Source: Longimicrobiales bacterium (GTDB taxonomy: Bacteria > Gemmatimonadota > Gemmatimonadetes > Longimicrobiales > Gaopeijiaceae). From it: 64,000 nucleotides of DNA. The position numbers and the translations under genes are program-made. Shown here in pieces: positions 49,501-55,248 of the stretch. The notes under the pieces are model-generated. The model did not search any database, had not been told where the DNA came from, and saw nothing but the letters and a program-made list of their open reading frames with translations. The stretch spans positions 2,368,001 through 2,432,000 of the forward strand of contig OZ242008.1 in NCBI GenBank assembly GCA_965204735.1, in the 5' to 3' direction. The first letter of the stretch is position 1; each line of letters begins with the position of its first letter.

Positions 49501-50591
49501 CGCGGCGAGCCCGTCACGTCCACGTTCTCGCTGAACCAAAGACCGATCTCGATCACGTCGCCCCGAGCGTACGTGCTGTCGTTCCCCGCTTCGCTCTCAA
49601 TCGTCGTGTTCGTCACGTGAGGCACCGCCTGAGCGCCGTTCACCTTGTGGGTGACCGTATCCGTCAAAGTCACCGCTGCAAGCGAATTGTCCGCCTCAAC
49701 CAAGGTGCCCTCGAGGCGGACGGCGCCCGTGTTCGTCAATGCGCCCGCCGGCAAGCTTATGCCGTCCTCGTCCAAGTCCGCCTCCGTCACCAAGTATCGA
49801 AACCATACCGCCCAGGGGTTCTGCTGGAACGGCATCGCCGTCACCGTGTCCTCCCCGATCTCGATCGCCAGCCTCATCTGCTGCCACGTCGGCTTGTCCA
49901 CACGGGCGTCCCACGTGATGCGCAACGCGAGGTAGTCGCCCGCAGCGTACGTGTCGTCGCCCCCCGGGTCCGTCTCGATCGGAAAGTGTATCGCGGCCAT
50001 CGACGGCCTGCGCGCAACCTGGTGACTCCTGTCGTCGCCGATCGCGTGGGTCCCCAACCCCAGGGTCGCGTTCACCGTGCTCGACCCCGCCCGCCGGATC
50101 GTCGCCCCCGACGGCAACGTCAGCGCCGTCGAGTCCACGCTGATCCCGTCGGAGTCCCTGTCGGTGGACGACCCCGGCAGCACGTAGCGGAACATCAACG
50201 AATCCGTCCCCGTCCCCGAAACGTAGTCCGCCTGCCGCGTCAGCGTGTCGACCGTCAAGGCCAGCTGCGGCGTCCCCGTCACGTCCACCGAATCGCTGAA
50301 CACGACCACGACGCTGATCGTGTCCCCCTGAACGTACGTGCTGTCGCTCCCCGCGTCGCTCGTGATGCTCACGCCGCTCACGCTCGGCGCCGTCTGGGCG
50401 CTCAAGGGCACCGACGGCAAGGCTGCCGCCAGAAGGCCCAGGAGCGCCAGCGCAGTACGCCCTGCCGACAGCATCAGGCCGACCCTCCGATGCGGATCAG
50501 GCACGACAGCCGCTCGCTGCAGGAGGGAGGGGGAGGGGGGGGGGGGGGGGGGGGGGTAGACAAGAGGGGTGCGCGTACGGACGCTCGTCAC
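37503..50591 (-). CDS. Giant repetitive surface protein/adhesin (~4300 aa) with autotransporter-like C-terminal beta-barrel
   Basis: Signal peptide ...ALLGLLAAALPSVPLSA-Q; 24 ~125-aa repeats; 5 cadherins; Ig/cadherin-like FRDPDGDALSY; helix + barrel (WTLWGQ, YVGLDYRF, GGRYDRGDAETGMG, EVGYG). Start GTG 50591 or ATG 50474. Confidence 0.88.
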   Translation of the reverse strand: MTSVRTRTPLVYPPPPPPPSPSLLQRAAVVPDPHRRVGLMLSAGRTALALLGLLAAALPSVPLSAQTAPSVSGVSITSDAGSDSTYVQGDTISVVVVFSDSVDVTGTPQLALTVDTLTRQADYVSGTGTDSLMFRYVLPGSSTDRDSDGISVDSTALTLPSGATIRRAGSSTVNATLGLGTHAIGDDRSHQVARRPSMAAIHFPIETDPGGDDTYAAGDYLALRITWDARVDKPTWQQMRLAIEIGEDTVTAMPFQQNPWAVWFRYLVTEADLDEDGISLPAGALTNTGAVRLEGTLVEADNSLAAVTLTDTVTHKVNGAQAVPHVTNTTIESEAGNDSTYARGDVIEIGLWFSENVDVTGSPRLAMAMGTETRQAVYSLGSGGNSLVFRYTVGPGDVDSTGISIGSSALTLNGGTIRRAGSVVNAYLGLRVHRVAEAAAHKVDGLAGPPAVVRMPITSDAGTDSTYAAGDTVQVAVVFNESVDVTGAPRLALGIGVQTRQASYAGGTGTDSLTFRYVVASGDADSDGLSIGGSALTLNGGTIRRAGSTTVDASLTTVNFVVANAAAHKVLTSGATIVTGTSFTSDPGADSIYVEGDTIAIEVVFSQAVDVTGTPQLALIMSSTVQASYVSGTGTATLRFNYVVAPGDSDTNGISYGRNALTLPSGATIRRAGVNVYLSLWSHVVTDDRAHRVWQVPKIASVTLPSGSGSDETWAMGDIIDFFVVFDRGIDASVTTAGSGLWLTIGENVREGYVQNVNTGTRTIHWRYNPVLADLDADGLSVDSMTLGGSDYVRTQGAPAGAANAFLDFTPLLNLSAHKVNGAQAVPHVTGASIASNAGSDNTYAAGDTVQVAVVFNENVDVTGTPRLELTIGTQTRRASYASGTGGDSLTFRYVVQLADADTTGISIGASALTLPAGTTIRRAGSGTVNAYLGLRSHAIANAATHKVSGSQGLPMVTGLAISSDAGADSIYAAGDTVEVTVTFDSTVAVTGVPQVALEVDTLTRQAEYASGTGTNSLVFQYVVVTADRDSTGISIGASALALNSGTIRASGGTTNAYLALGSHAIADAAAHQVWGAYVPVVASVFFLDADNTGLSYASTDSVFGLGDVIRVGVGFNVAVDVEAGAQPPRVALGIDSQTRQASYCDKSGETIVVFCYTVVASDVDTTGISIGANALTLPSGSTIRRQGTTGDANLSLSPWNFANSVLFQVDGGKETAPGVSGVTITSDAGPDSTYAAGNVIEVEVVFDRAVTVTGTPRLALRIGSDTVQASYASGTGTDILAFRHTVGASDVDADGISVDSTALALNGGTIVLAGGTAAASLGLGSNAVTNAGAHKVAGNAVVVNRVTVDAPVVGDTFERGDTIRAFVVFSGPVAVTGSPRLALRIGSATRQASYNSGASGSWFLVFDYVVASGDADADGLSVEAGALTLNGGTVRRQQTTVNALLDLTGRTIANHSGRKVAGGTFTAASVSGLSIASSSVAGDSTYRRGEEIEVQVVFNRSVAVTGTPQVVLTIGTQTRQAGYVSGSSTADTLVFQYVVVQADADTDGLSIGASALGLNGGTIFDARDGSTAASLGLGAQAVANAAAHKVDGSVLPPPVVASAALTGSKAVWASHFHAGAWIQVTVTFDRAVDVTGTPRVAVVIGSATRHAEYASGTGTTALVFRYLVHGYDNSGADPYTVARDALTLNGGTINEAGSSRAAILDLRSGLTGERVSPGELRGPSGLTLNTPSSGDTYAIGETIEATVTFSGDLVVLSGPQLALSIGDSTRQATWTAGGGNRHGSFTFRYVVQASDMDADGISIAANAFNGGNLQSWPHARGPFRGLGVLAVANDGTRKVDGGQGAVVAGLSIGSPLVGDTFERGETIEASVVFNTAVEVTGTPQLALEVDTLTRQADYARGTGTDTLVFRYTVVAADSDTVGISIGASALTLNGGTIRQAGTTRAALLGLGSHAVTNSAGHKVAGGTFTASAVSGVSITSVPSSDSTYGRTEQIEVDVEFTRAVTVTGAPQLALEIGNDTVQAAYDASGSGTNTLAFSYTVVATNEDSTGISIGASALTLNGGTIADARDGTTAASLGLGSAAISNAAAHKVNGSVGPPGVTALSISSPTVGDTFERGETIEVSLAFTRAVDVTGTPQLALTIGNATRQAEYASGTGTDTLAFQYVVASGDADTDGLSIGASALALNGGTIKVAGGTLDALLGLGASAVANSAGHKVAGGTFTTPAVSAVAISSAPAADSTYKLGESIEVKVAFSRPVAVTGTPRLALTIGTQTRQAAYDSATSKADTLVFGYAVRPADADTVGLSIGASALTLSGGSIADVRPGAAAAALSLGSHAVTNAAAHKVDGSQGPPGVAGLSVASPLVGGTFERGDTVVATVTFNKQVDVTGTPQLALSIGTQTRQAGYASGTGTTSLVFRYVVVQADVDTDGLSIGASALALNSGTIDVAGGTTDALLSLAHHAISNDGALRVAGGTFTASAVSGVSIASSPADGSVYGLSEEIEVEVTFDRHVSVTGAPQLALTIGSQTRQAAYDSATSVGAGGRVLTFRYTVQSSDSDANGLSIGASALALNGGTISDARDGSTAAGLGLGSHAITNASGQAVDGSQGPPGVSGVSIASPPIGDTFERGDTIIATVTFNKGVDVTGTPQLALTIGAATKQASYASGTGTASLVFRYVVVTADVDADGLSIGASALALNGGMIDVANGTVDAVLGLGAHAVTNSAGHKVAGGTFTAASVSGVSLTSSPAVATTYARGEQIEVQVTFNRRVAVTDTPQVALTVGAATRQADYASGTGTHTLTFRYTVAAADADTDGISIGASALALNSGTINDARDGSTAAALGLGSHALSAAAGHKVDGTLAGASVSGVAVSSTPESGDTYGLGERIEVQVTFDRAVTVTGAPQLALTVGTATRQASYVGGSGTATLSFAYRVQGAGSGGSGTGGVDADADGVGVAAAALTLNGATIVNTADGVRPAVLALGSHAIAAAANDKVDGTVEAVPAVMAMAVTSTPGASGLYGPRSVIRVAVTFSRPVEVVGAPQLSIEIGTAVRQASYASGSGTPAVVFEYVVQPADRDEDGISIAADALTATGGAALRIAGGTTAAALDLSGHEVENLEEHQVNGAGGTDPVFGRAEYEFKLTEDVAGPVVVGTVSATDPFGGEVAYSLAAGDEGLFEVDARTGEVRYVGTGEDAESRSEFVMIVRATADDGERTGDATVTVRLVNVNDAPVFTAERYAFAMAENAAGPLALGAVEAVDLDEGDTLTYRLASGDADRFAVDSVTGAVQYVGSGEDYEGAGPKSWELEVTATDLAGSSAKAVVAVALTNVNEGPAFADSAYAFDLAENERGPLLLGEVRATDPDGGDWLSYALTAGDAERFKVNATSGAVRYVGSGEDAETGPGSWELEVTATDRGGLTARTRVVVTLEDRNEGPVFVEPIWEWELAEHVAGPVELGAVEATDVDVGDTLVYSLSGVGAALFDVGESSGVVRYVGAGEDAETGPDGWEFEVVATDRAGLAAVAKVKVLLLDVNEAPAFVDSAYAFELAENVRGPRELGRVEATDPDRDDALTYSLAQGDAGRFAVDGASGRVRYVGAGEDYEDGPPEFALTVRVTDVGGLTAEAAVVVTLLDVNEGPEAVGSLSPPVLEVGGAPWEVGLGEYFRDPDGDALSYVVVSSSPDVAAASVSGAGRLSVSPREIGASVVTVTATDAEGLAATQQASVTVSASRADRARALKLTLAAFGRSLGTETVETIGGRLGLEPSGSPGRSHVQLGGRSLSCLAFGGAGAGVVAVAETDSTGEGGAAAAHAGSGRCGLESLVRDATGLLGFQITHPGVAGGSAGGTLDLAAILFGDGAAGLGAAGSGSLGQGGSYQGQREEGALPAERERGGIGFSPLTSSDLRSRSSFQLSFGGGSPDEQGGADADGAPAQTASQAGWTLWGQANIGEFEGRPEDDFAMDGRTRSAYVGLDYRFGSGFLMGLAGSRSDVAANYESGINGVGKTKAHLTSLYPYLSWSSQGGFGIWGLAGAGMGAANVGEQGPTYDADLRMRMGALGVRQKLVGGLALKADAFAVRMMTDASDVHVAAVTADAQRVRLAPELGGQWTSGSIAMRTRIEVGGRYDRGDAETGMGAEAGADLGFTHEGSGLSLDARGRMLLIHQDRNFKDWGAAVALRIQPRREDGGLSFSLEPSWGNASGGAQTLWQGGADVWRTAGVPRVGAMGPTAPRGAVPAGGDQAGHGGATGQGGPASPGAGPTHGFPSAHGFGAPQATRGWAPDGLAMEVGYGLALPGGSQLKPFGRWSRQGAAGYRLNVGTQWATLGGETAEQQASGLRLVMDFFGEQATDGFQPPERRVGLAGTITFK
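39688..41204 (-). repeat. Five tandem cadherin domains
   Basis: P.F....Y.F.L.EN....LG.V.ATD.D...L.Y.L ...DVNE.P Ca-binding pattern x5. Confidence 0.85.
41205..50395 (-). repeat. 24 tandem ~125-aa beta-rich (Ig-like) repeats
   Basis: Consensus TY..G..I.V.V.F...V.VTG.PQLAL.IG..TRQA.Y.SG.GT..L.F.Y.V...D.D.DG.SI...AL.LNGGTI...HKV; counted by eye. Confidence 0.9.
50535..50556. repeat. G22 homopolymer (C22 on adhesin coding strand)
   Basis: Direct reading; adjacent GGAGGGAGGGGGA extends the purine run. Confidence 0.9.
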
Positions 50592-50681
50592 TGTTGTCGT
50601 CTCCGTCTCGACTTGGTTCAGGGCGATGGCAAGGGCGAATCTCCGAGTCACTCCACGATAGCAATATATGGCATCACGGTA

Positions 50682-50721
50682 CAACCAAGTCAAGCCGGTC
50701 AACCAAGTCAAGCCGGTCAAC
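50682..50721. repeat. 18-bp tandem duplication at the xerD stop codon
   Basis: CAACCAAGTCAAGCCGGT x2 + CAAC. Confidence 0.9.
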
Positions 50722-51655
50722 TCCGGCTTCGCGGGTGGTGCTCCCGGTGGACCTGACGCAGGTGCTCCCGGTTCAGGTGGGTGTAGATCTGGGTGGTCGC
50801 CACGTCGGCGTGGCCCAGCAGCTCCTGGACCGCCATCAAGTCGGCTCCGCCTTCCAGCAGATGGGTGGCGCAGCTGTGGCGGAGGGTGTGGGGCGTGATC
50901 CTGCGCTCGACGCCGGCGCGCTTCGCCGAGCGGGAGACGATCGTCCACACCGCCATGCGGGTCAGCCGTCCGCCCCGGTGGTTCAGGAAGAGGGCGCCTT
51001 CGCCGCGTCCCTTGTCCAGCTTCGGACGAAGTGCCGAGAGGTACCGCCGCACCGCGTTCACGGCCGCCGACCCCAGGGGCGCCAAGCGCTCCTTTCCGCC
51101 CTTGCCCAAGACCAGGCAGCTGCCGTCGGTCAGGTCCACGTCGGCCACGGACATGCCGGTCAGCTCGCTCACCCGCATCCCGGTGGCGTAGAGCACCTCC
51201 AGCACCGCCCGGTCGCGCCAGTGGACGGGCGAGTCGGGGTCCACCGCCTCCATGACGCGCTTGGCCTCGGCCTGGGTCAGGAACTCGGGCAGCTTCTTCC
51301 CCGGCTTGGGAGCGTCCATGCGCTCCGTCGGGTCCTCGGCGACGATCTCTTCCGCCGTCAGGAAGGCAAAGTAGGCCCGCAGCGACGACTGGGCCCGCCG
51401 GATCGTCGACGACGCCCTTCCCTTGGCCCGAAGGTGGGCCAGGTAGTCGTGGAGGACGTGGTGGCCGATCTGCGACGGCCGCGGGCCGGCGACTCCCGCG
51501 TCCGCGTCGGAGAAGAACGCCAGGAAGCGCTTCACGTCGCTCTCGTAGGAAGCAGCGGAGCGCGGACGCAGCCCCCGCTCCAGCACCAGGTAGTCCAGGA
51601 ACGGCTCCACGTAGAACCGCCGCCGGAGCGCGTCGGCGTCGGACTCACGCGCCAC
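50717..51655 (-). CDS. xerD: Tyrosine recombinase XerD-like
   Basis: FLDYLVLERGL, RDRAVLEVLYATGMRVSEL, GKGGKER, PHTLRHSCATHLLEGGADL, LLGH, TQIYT. Confidence 0.9.
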   Translation of the reverse strand: MARESDADALRRRFYVEPFLDYLVLERGLRPRSAASYESDVKRFLAFFSDADAGVAGPRPSQIGHHVLHDYLAHLRAKGRASSTIRRAQSSLRAYFAFLTAEEIVAEDPTERMDAPKPGKKLPEFLTQAEAKRVMEAVDPDSPVHWRDRAVLEVLYATGMRVSELTGMSVADVDLTDGSCLVLGKGGKERLAPLGSAAVNAVRRYLSALRPKLDKGRGEGALFLNHRGGRLTRMAVWTIVSRSAKRAGVERRITPHTLRHSCATHLLEGGADLMAVQELLGHADVATTQIYTHLNREHLRQVHREHHPRSRS

Positions 51656-52343
51656 GCCGCAGCTCCGGGGGCGGCCTGCGCCCCGTCTCTTGGGAGCCGC
51701 CGCCCCGCGAGTCGAGCGGTCCGCGCCCCGTCCCTCGGGGCGGTCGGCGACGCGTCCTTCGCCACGCCACCGCCAGCGGCACGGCCAGCGCCACCGCCAC
51801 CGCCAGCAGACCTGCGTTCATGTTCCTGACCGCCGTGGCCACGGCGTCCAAGTTGTTGCCCGCCACGTAGCCGGCACCCACCAGGCCCCCGTACCAGATC
51901 GCGGAAGCCGCCAGCAGCGGCGCCACCACCCGACCCGGCGGCTGGCCGGTCACCCCCGCGAACACCGGCACGAGCGCCCGGTATCCGGGCAGGAACCTTG
52001 CCGCGAACACCGCCCCGACGCCCCACCGCTCGTAGAAGGACGCCAGGCGGGCCAGCTGGTCCTCGGCGAGGAGCCTTCGTCCCCAGCCCCGGCGGAAGAG
52101 CCCCGGCCCCCAGCGGCGTCCGGCCCCGTAGACGGCCGTGGCCGCGCCCACGTTGAACGCCCACACGACCCCGAAGGCGGCGGCCGGGTCCACCGCGCCC
52201 AGCCCGGCCAGGAAGCCGCCGGCGACGATGAAGGTGTCGGCGGGAACCACCGGCAGCACGTTCTCCACCGCCGCCCCGGCGCCCAGCAGGGCGTACACGA
52301 GAAGGGACGGCAAGCCGGTCAGGTAGGCGAGCGCCTCTTCCAC
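51645..52343 (-). CDS. DedA-family membrane protein
   Basis: ENVLPVVPADT, YGAGRRWG, ARFLPGYRALVPVFAG; GGAG + GTG. Confidence 0.9.
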   Translation of the reverse strand: MEEALAYLTGLPSLLVYALLGAGAAVENVLPVVPADTFIVAGGFLAGLGAVDPAAAFGVVWAFNVGAATAVYGAGRRWGPGLFRRGWGRRLLAEDQLARLASFYERWGVGAVFAARFLPGYRALVPVFAGVTGQPPGRVVAPLLAASAIWYGGLVGAGYVAGNNLDAVATAVRNMNAGLLAVAVALAVPLAVAWRRTRRRPPRGTGRGPLDSRGGGSQETGRRPPPELRRGA

Positions 52344-52354
52344 GGTGGCGTCTC

Positions 52355-52873
52355 CTAGTCGGGACCCGGGGCCGCGGCGGCTCTCCCGGCGCCCAGGACC
52401 GCGACCGCGTGGACCGCAAGGCCCTCTCCCCGCCCGATCCAGCCCATCCCCTCGTTGGTCTTGCCCTTGACCGAAACGTCGTCGGCGCCGACGCCCAGCC
52501 GTCGTGCCAGCGCGGCCCGCATCTCGCCCGCCCGGGGGCCGATCCGGGGCCGCTCGCACACCACCACCGCGTCCACGTTCCCGATCCTCCACCCGGCCCC
52601 GCGCACCAGCGCGACGGCCTTGGCCAGCAGCTCCATGGAGTCGGCGTCGCGCCACGCCTCGGCGCCCGGCGGAAAGTGGCTTCCGACGTCGCCCAAGCAA
52701 GCGGCGCCCAGCACGGCGTCGGCGACTGCGTGGGCCACCGCGTCGCCGTCGGAGTGCCCCGCCAAGCCGGGAGCGTCCGGAAAGAGGACGCCCCCCAGCA
52801 CGAGGGGGCGTTCCGGATCGAAGCGGTGGGAGTCGTAGCCGGCGCCGACCCGAACGGCCGGTCCGCCGCTCAC
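52355..52873 (-). CDS. ispF: 2-C-methyl-D-erythritol 2,4-cyclodiphosphate synthase
   Basis: RVGAGYDSHRF, GHSDGDAVAHA, GDVGSHFP, VSVKGKTNEGMG. Confidence 0.95.
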   Translation of the reverse strand: MSGGPAVRVGAGYDSHRFDPERPLVLGGVLFPDAPGLAGHSDGDAVAHAVADAVLGAACLGDVGSHFPPGAEAWRDADSMELLAKAVALVRGAGWRIGNVDAVVVCERPRIGPRAGEMRAALARRLGVGADDVSVKGKTNEGMGWIGRGEGLAVHAVAVLGAGRAAAAPGPD

Positions 52874-54141
52874 CGGCCCCGCCCTTCCTCGTGCCGCCGG
52901 ACGGCGAGGCAGGCGTTGTGGCCGCCGAAGCCGAAGGAGTTGGTCAGGGCCAGCGCCACGGGACGCTCGATCGGCCCGCCGTGAGCGTACTCCAGGTCGC
53001 ACGCCTCGTCGGGCTCGGAGAAGTTGATCGTGGGGGGAATCTTCCCGGTACGGCACGCCATCACGCAGATCGCCGCTTCCAGCGCGCCGGCCGCTCCCAG
53101 CAGGTGTCCCGTCATGGACTTGGTGGAGCCCATCACGATCGCGTGGGCGCGAGTTCCCAGGACCGCCTTCACGGCTGCCGTCTCCGTGGCGTCGTTGTGG
53201 GGCGTGGAGGTGCCGTGGGCGTTCACGTAGTCCACGTCCTCGGGGCCGGCGCCGGCGTCGTTCAGCGCCGCCCGCATGGCGTGCTGGGCGCCGTGGGCCT
53301 CCGGCGGCGGCGCGGTGATGTGGTGGGCGTCGCCCGACGTGCCGTAGCCCGCGATCTCCGCCAGCACGGGGACGCCCCGGGCGCGGGCGTGCTCCATCTC
53401 CTCCAGCACCAGGCACGCCGCGCCCTCGCCGATGACGAAGCCGTCGCGGCCGGCGTCGAAGGGCCGGCTGGCGCCCTCCGGGTCGTCGTTTCGGGTCGAC
53501 ATGGCCTTCATCGACGCAAAGCCGGCGATCGTCAGGGGCGTCACCGCGGCTTCGGTGCCTCCCGCCAGCATGAGCGTCGCGTCGCCGCGCTCGATGAAGC
53601 GCACCGCGTCGCCGATGGCGTGGGCGCTCGACGCGCACGCGGAGACGGTGGCGTAGTTGGGGCCCTGCAGCCCGTAGCGGATCGAGACCAGCCCGGCGGC
53701 GATGTCCGGGATGAACATCGGCACGAAGAACGGGCTGACCCGTCCAGGTCCCCGGGCCACCAGCGTGCGGCAGTTGGATTCGAAGGTGTCGATGCCCCCG
53801 ACGCCGCTCCCGACGATCACGCCGAACGCGGTCGCCGGCACGCCCGGGGGCGGACCCGAGAGCCCCGCCGACGCCATCGCCTGGTCTGCCGCGGCAAGGG
53901 CGAACTGGGCGAACCGGTCGTAGCGCCGGACCTCGCGCCGGTTCATGTGGGCGGCGGGGTCGAACCCCTTGACTTCGCAGGCGATCCGCGTGGCGAACTC
54001 GGGTCCCGCGTCGAAGTGCGTGATGGGGCCGCCGCCGGGAACGCCCGCCAGCAGTCCGTCCCAGGTGGACTCCAGGTCCAGTCCGAGAGGGCTCAGGCCG
54101 CCCATCCCGGTGACGGCCACCCGCCGCCGCTGCGCTGTCAT
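52870..54141 (-). CDS. fabF: 3-oxoacyl-ACP synthase II
   Basis: SACASS, NAHGTST, KSMTGHLLGAAG, NSFGFGGHN. Confidence 0.96.
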   Translation of the reverse strand: MTAQRRRVAVTGMGGLSPLGLDLESTWDGLLAGVPGGGPITHFDAGPEFATRIACEVKGFDPAAHMNRREVRRYDRFAQFALAAADQAMASAGLSGPPPGVPATAFGVIVGSGVGGIDTFESNCRTLVARGPGRVSPFFVPMFIPDIAAGLVSIRYGLQGPNYATVSACASSAHAIGDAVRFIERGDATLMLAGGTEAAVTPLTIAGFASMKAMSTRNDDPEGASRPFDAGRDGFVIGEGAACLVLEEMEHARARGVPVLAEIAGYGTSGDAHHITAPPPEAHGAQHAMRAALNDAGAGPEDVDYVNAHGTSTPHNDATETAAVKAVLGTRAHAIVMGSTKSMTGHLLGAAGALEAAICVMACRTGKIPPTINFSEPDEACDLEYAHGGPIERPVALALTNSFGFGGHNACLAVRRHEEGRGR

Positions 54142-54156
54142 CGGGCGGGTCGGCGG

Positions 54157-54414
54157 CTACGCCTTCTTCTGGATGTAGGCGACGGCGTCGCCCACGGTCC
54201 GCATCTCCTCGGCGTCCTCGTCGGGGATGTCGATCTCGAACTCCTCCTCGAACGCCATGACGAGCTCGACCGTGTCGAGCGAATCGGCGCCCAGGTCGTC
54301 GATGAACGACGCGTCCGGGCCCACCTTGTCGGCCTCGACCCCGAGTTCGTTGATGATGATCTCTTTGACCTTGGCCTGCGTTTCCTTGCGCTTGGCTTCC
54401 GTGCTGTCGGACAT
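54157..54414 (-). CDS. acpP: Acyl carrier protein
   Basis: [20 protein letters not shown]. Confidence 0.97.
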   Translation of the reverse strand: MSDSTEAKRKETQAKVKEIIINELGVEADKVGPDASFIDDLGADSLDTVELVMAFEEEFEIDIPDEDAEEMRTVGDAVAYIQKKA

Positions 54415-54498
54415 GATGACTCTCTTTGGGATCGGGCTTCGTGGGCGAGGGGCTGGTGGGAATGGGCGGGGAACTTCGCCGCGACGCGAGAGGCGCGC

Positions 54499-55248
54499 CT
54501 ACATCGCCATGCCGCCGTCGACGGCGACGACTTGGCCGGTAATGTAATGCGCTTCCGGCCCCGCCAGGAACCGGACGAGACCGGCCACGTCGGCGGGCTC
54601 TCCCAGCCGCGCCAGGGGGATGCGCCCCTTGAGCTCGGCGACCCGGGAGTCGTCCAGGCCCGCGGTCATGTCGGTTCGGACGAAGCCCGGCGCCACGGCG
54701 TTGCAGCGGACGTTGCGCGAGGCGAGCTCCTTGGCGACGGCCTTGGTCAGCCCGTGGAGCCCGGCCTTGGAGGCGGCGTAGTTGGCCTGTCCGGCGTTGC
54801 CCACGAGGCCGATCACCGAGCTGACGTTCACGATCGACCCGCTTCGGCGCTTCATCATCCCGCGGGCGACGGCGCGGATCATGTTGAAGGCGCCCTTCAG
54901 GTTGGTGTCCAGGACCTGGGACCAGTCGTCGTCCCGGAGGCGTAGCAGGATGCCGTCGCGAGCGATTCCCGCGTTGTTGACCAGGATCGACACGGGTCCG
55001 TGCTCGCTCTGGGCGGACGCCGCAGTCTCGCGGCACGCCGCCGGGTCGGCCACGTCGCAGGCGCGGCCGGAGTGTCCCCTGCCCGGAAGCTCCGCAGCCG
55101 CGGCGGCGGCGCCTTCCCCGTTCCGGGCGGCGACCACCACCTGGGCGCCGCCGCGGGCCAGGGCGTGGGCGACGGCCAGTCCGATCCCCCGGGAGCCGCC
55201 GGTGACGAGGGCGACTTGGCCCGCCAGCTCCCCGCTTGCCGGGTTCAC
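54499..55248 (-). CDS. fabG: 3-oxoacyl-ACP reductase
   Basis: TGGSRGIG, NNAGI, GQANYAASK, VDGGM; GTG overlaps fabD stop. Confidence 0.95.
   Translation of the reverse strand: MNPASGELAGQVALVTGGSRGIGLAVAHALARGGAQVVVAARNGEGAAAAAAELPGRGHSGRACDVADPAACRETAASAQSEHGPVSILVNNAGIARDGILLRLRDDDWSQVLDTNLKGAFNMIRAVARGMMKRRSGSIVNVSSVIGLVGNAGQANYAASKAGLHGLTKAVAKELASRNVRCNAVAPGFVRTDMTAGLDDSRVAELKGRIPLARLGEPADVAGLVRFLAGPEAHYITGQVVAVDGGMAM

Noticed and set aside
37098..50756. 4552-aa plus-strand ORF
   Set aside because: Antisense shadow of the adhesin; Arg/His-rich nonsense composition caused by biased codon usage
50592..50948. Track start of the 4481-aa ORF at 50948
   Set aside because: Overlaps xerD in another frame; plausible RBS/start and signal peptide are at 50591/50474
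50717..51655. Tyrosine recombinase as integrase of a tmRNA island or shufflon invertase
   Set aside because: Typical XerD sequence at the end of a housekeeping operon; adhesin lies 5' of ssrA; no att duplication or inverted recombination sites seen
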